DNA of 64,000 bases from the human T2T-CHM13v2.0 reference genome, Homo sapiens: NCBI RefSeq assembly GCF_009914755.1, contig NC_060929.1; one strand, 5' to 3'. A model generated the notes under the pieces. The model was given only the letters and a program-made list of their open reading frames with translations. It ran no database searches and was not told the DNA's origin. Made by a program: the position numbers and the translations under genes. This document shows positions 61,950 to 64,000 of this stretch, piece by piece (position 1 is the stretch's first letter; each line of letters starts with the position of its first letter).

Positions 61950-62900
61950 GAGACAGAGTCTCTCTCTGTTGCTCAGGCTGGAGTGCAGTGGTGCGATCTT
62001 GGCTCACTGCAACCTCTACCTCCCAGGCTCAAACGATCCTTCCACTTCCCGAGTAGCTAGGACTACAGGCGCACACCACCACACCTGGCTAATTTTCGTA
62101 TATTTTTGTTGAGATGGGGTTTTGCCATGTAGATGAAGCTGGTCTCAAACTCCCGGGCTCAAGCAGTCCTCCCTCCTCAGCCTCCCAAAGTGCTGGGATT
62201 ACGGGCGAGAGCAACCACACCCGGCCAGAAATTTATTTTCTCACAGTTCTGGAGGCTAGAAGTCCAAGCTCAAGCTTCCATCAGGCTTGCTTTCTGGCAA
62301 GGCCTCTCTTCCTGGCCTGTAGAATGGCCACCTCCTCACTGTGCTCTCACACGGCCTCTTCTCTGCACATGCAGTGAGACAGAGAGAGAGTGGAGGGGAT
62401 GCGCTGGTGGGTCTCTTCCTCTTATTATTTTATCTTATTTTATTTTATTTTTGAGATGAAGTCTTGCTCTGTCACCCAGGCTGGAGTACAGTGGCACAAT
62501 CTCAGCTCACTGCAACCTCCACCTCCCGGGTTAAACAATTCTCGTGTCTCAGCCCCCCGAGTAGCTGGGATAACAGGTGTGTACCACCACGCCCAGCTAA
62601 TTTTTTGTACTTTTAGTAGAGATGGGATTTCACCATGTTGGCCAGGCTGGTCTCGAACTCCTGACCTCAACTGATTCACCCGCCTCGGCCTCCCAAAGTG
62701 CTGGGATTACAGTTGCGAACCACCGCGCCCAGCCTCTCTTATTATAAAGACATCAGTTCTATCGGAGTAGGGCCCCTCCCTCGTGACCTCATTTAACCTT
62801 CATTACCTCTGTAGAAGCCCTATCTCCAAATCCAGTCACATTGGGGGTTAAGGTTCCAACGTATGAATTTGGGGGGTGGGAGAGACAAATGTAGTCTATA
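61861..62900 (-). mobile_element. MLT1A-type 5' LTR interrupted by two Alus (61922-62226 and 62425-62733, both minus)
   Basis: tgtattagtctgctaaggctgcc...tttattttctcacagttctggaggctagaagtccaag...ccctatctccaaat. Confidence 0.85.
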
Positions 62901-63419
62901 ATTATGGCTATAACCCTAGAGCCATGAGACTAAAATTCTAGTCCCAGTTTTCTCTCTAACCACCTCCGTGACCTTGGGTAGGTGACTTCTCCTTTCTGGG
63001 ACTGAGTTTCTGCTGAATAACTTGGGAACGGGAAAGGCTGCCGCCAGTGCATCTCACCCAGGAGCTGTGATGAGCAATTGAGATGATGGAAGTGAAAGTT
63101 CCGTGACAAGTGGAAAATGCTGAAGTGCCATGCCTAACTGACTTTGTAGACAGGTCTCCTTGCAAAAGACATAGAAACTCCATTCTCAAAGTTCCCTTCC
63201 CTTTACTGGCACTCAACTGATCAATATTTAAGTAGCATGTAGGCCTGAAAATTGGGAGGTAGCTCACAAGACAAAAAGTCCAGTGATTCATGCATGACCA
63301 AGAAGTCACAGAGTTCCCAGTGTCGTCTCATCCTACTCGTCCTCCCTACTTATCCACAGGAACGAGTATATATACAGCTTTGACCTCATAGAAGCCTTCC
63401 CATGTATTTGTAAAGAACA

Positions 63420-63910
63420 TATATGTTATTTATAAAGAATATTAAGTCGCTACATAATCTTTGAGATATTCGTGACATTTAACCTAGTAATTACATTTCT
63501 GGGAAACGATCCTAAAAAAATAATCTGCAGTGCACACACAGATTTATGGACTAGAATGCTCATAATTGTGTTATTTATAATAGTGAAAATATTGGAAACA
63601 ACCTAAATATTCAACTGTGAAAGAACAGTTCATAAATTATAGAATATCCATAAGATGGATTATTATGCGGCCACTTAAAATGATGGGAGTTTCTGCTCTG
63701 ATGGTAGGTGAAAAAAAGCAGGGTCCAAAATTACATTTAAGTCTGATCTCAGCTATGTAAATAAAAGACATTTTTAAAAAGACTAGAAGGAACTGTGCCA
63801 AAATGTTAACAGTGGTTACCTCTGCATGGTAAAACTATGGATGACAGGGGTTTTTTTGGTTTGGTTTTGTTTTCCTGTTTGTTCTTTCTCTCTCTTTCAT
63901 TTTCTACAAT
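63420..63910 (+). mobile_element. Degraded L1M 3' fragment
   Basis: ttatttataatagtgaaaatattggaaacaacctaaat...ccaaaatgttaacagtggttacctct. Confidence 0.6.
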
Positions 63911-63919
63911 AGTGAAGTA

Positions 63920-64000
63920 CAGTCATGCATTGCTTAATGACAGGGATACATTCTGAGACCCATCATTAGGGGATTTTGTCATGGGAACATCATAGCGTGC
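63920..64000 (+). mobile_element. Tigger3-family DNA transposon, left end (runs off the window)
   Basis: TA target followed by cagtcatgcattgcttaatgacagggatacattctgaga. Confidence 0.75.

Overview
Human genomic DNA; a near-consensus AluYa5 fixes the species. The window holds the 5' part of ADAM19 (meltrin-beta/adamalysin-19) on the minus strand. It includes a TATA-less CpG-island promoter near 56.8 kb and coding exons 1-6 (94+86+71+79+77+193 = 600 nt, residues 1-200: signal peptide plus prodomain, ending on the RPRR furin motif). All splice sites are GT-AG and the frame is continuous. Exon 7 onward lies left of position 1. The rest is intron or upstream DNA dense in Alu, L1, L2, MIR, MaLR/ERV LTRs and DNA-transposon relics, and nearly all ORFs in the supplied track are Alu-derived or chance. 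I see no evidence of a new gene system. The best second-look items are: a chimeric Alu-[MER41-like]-Alu insertion inside one TSD; a very young AluYa5; a strong-context 5-codon uORF and cryptic donor in the 5' leader; a gene-sense MSTA LTR with an intact splice donor upstream of exon 6; a trimeric Alu; a perfect 21-bp palindrome; and a nested LTR stack upstream of the promoter. Repeat family names are from recognition of consensus sequences, not a database run, and repeat boundaries are approximate.
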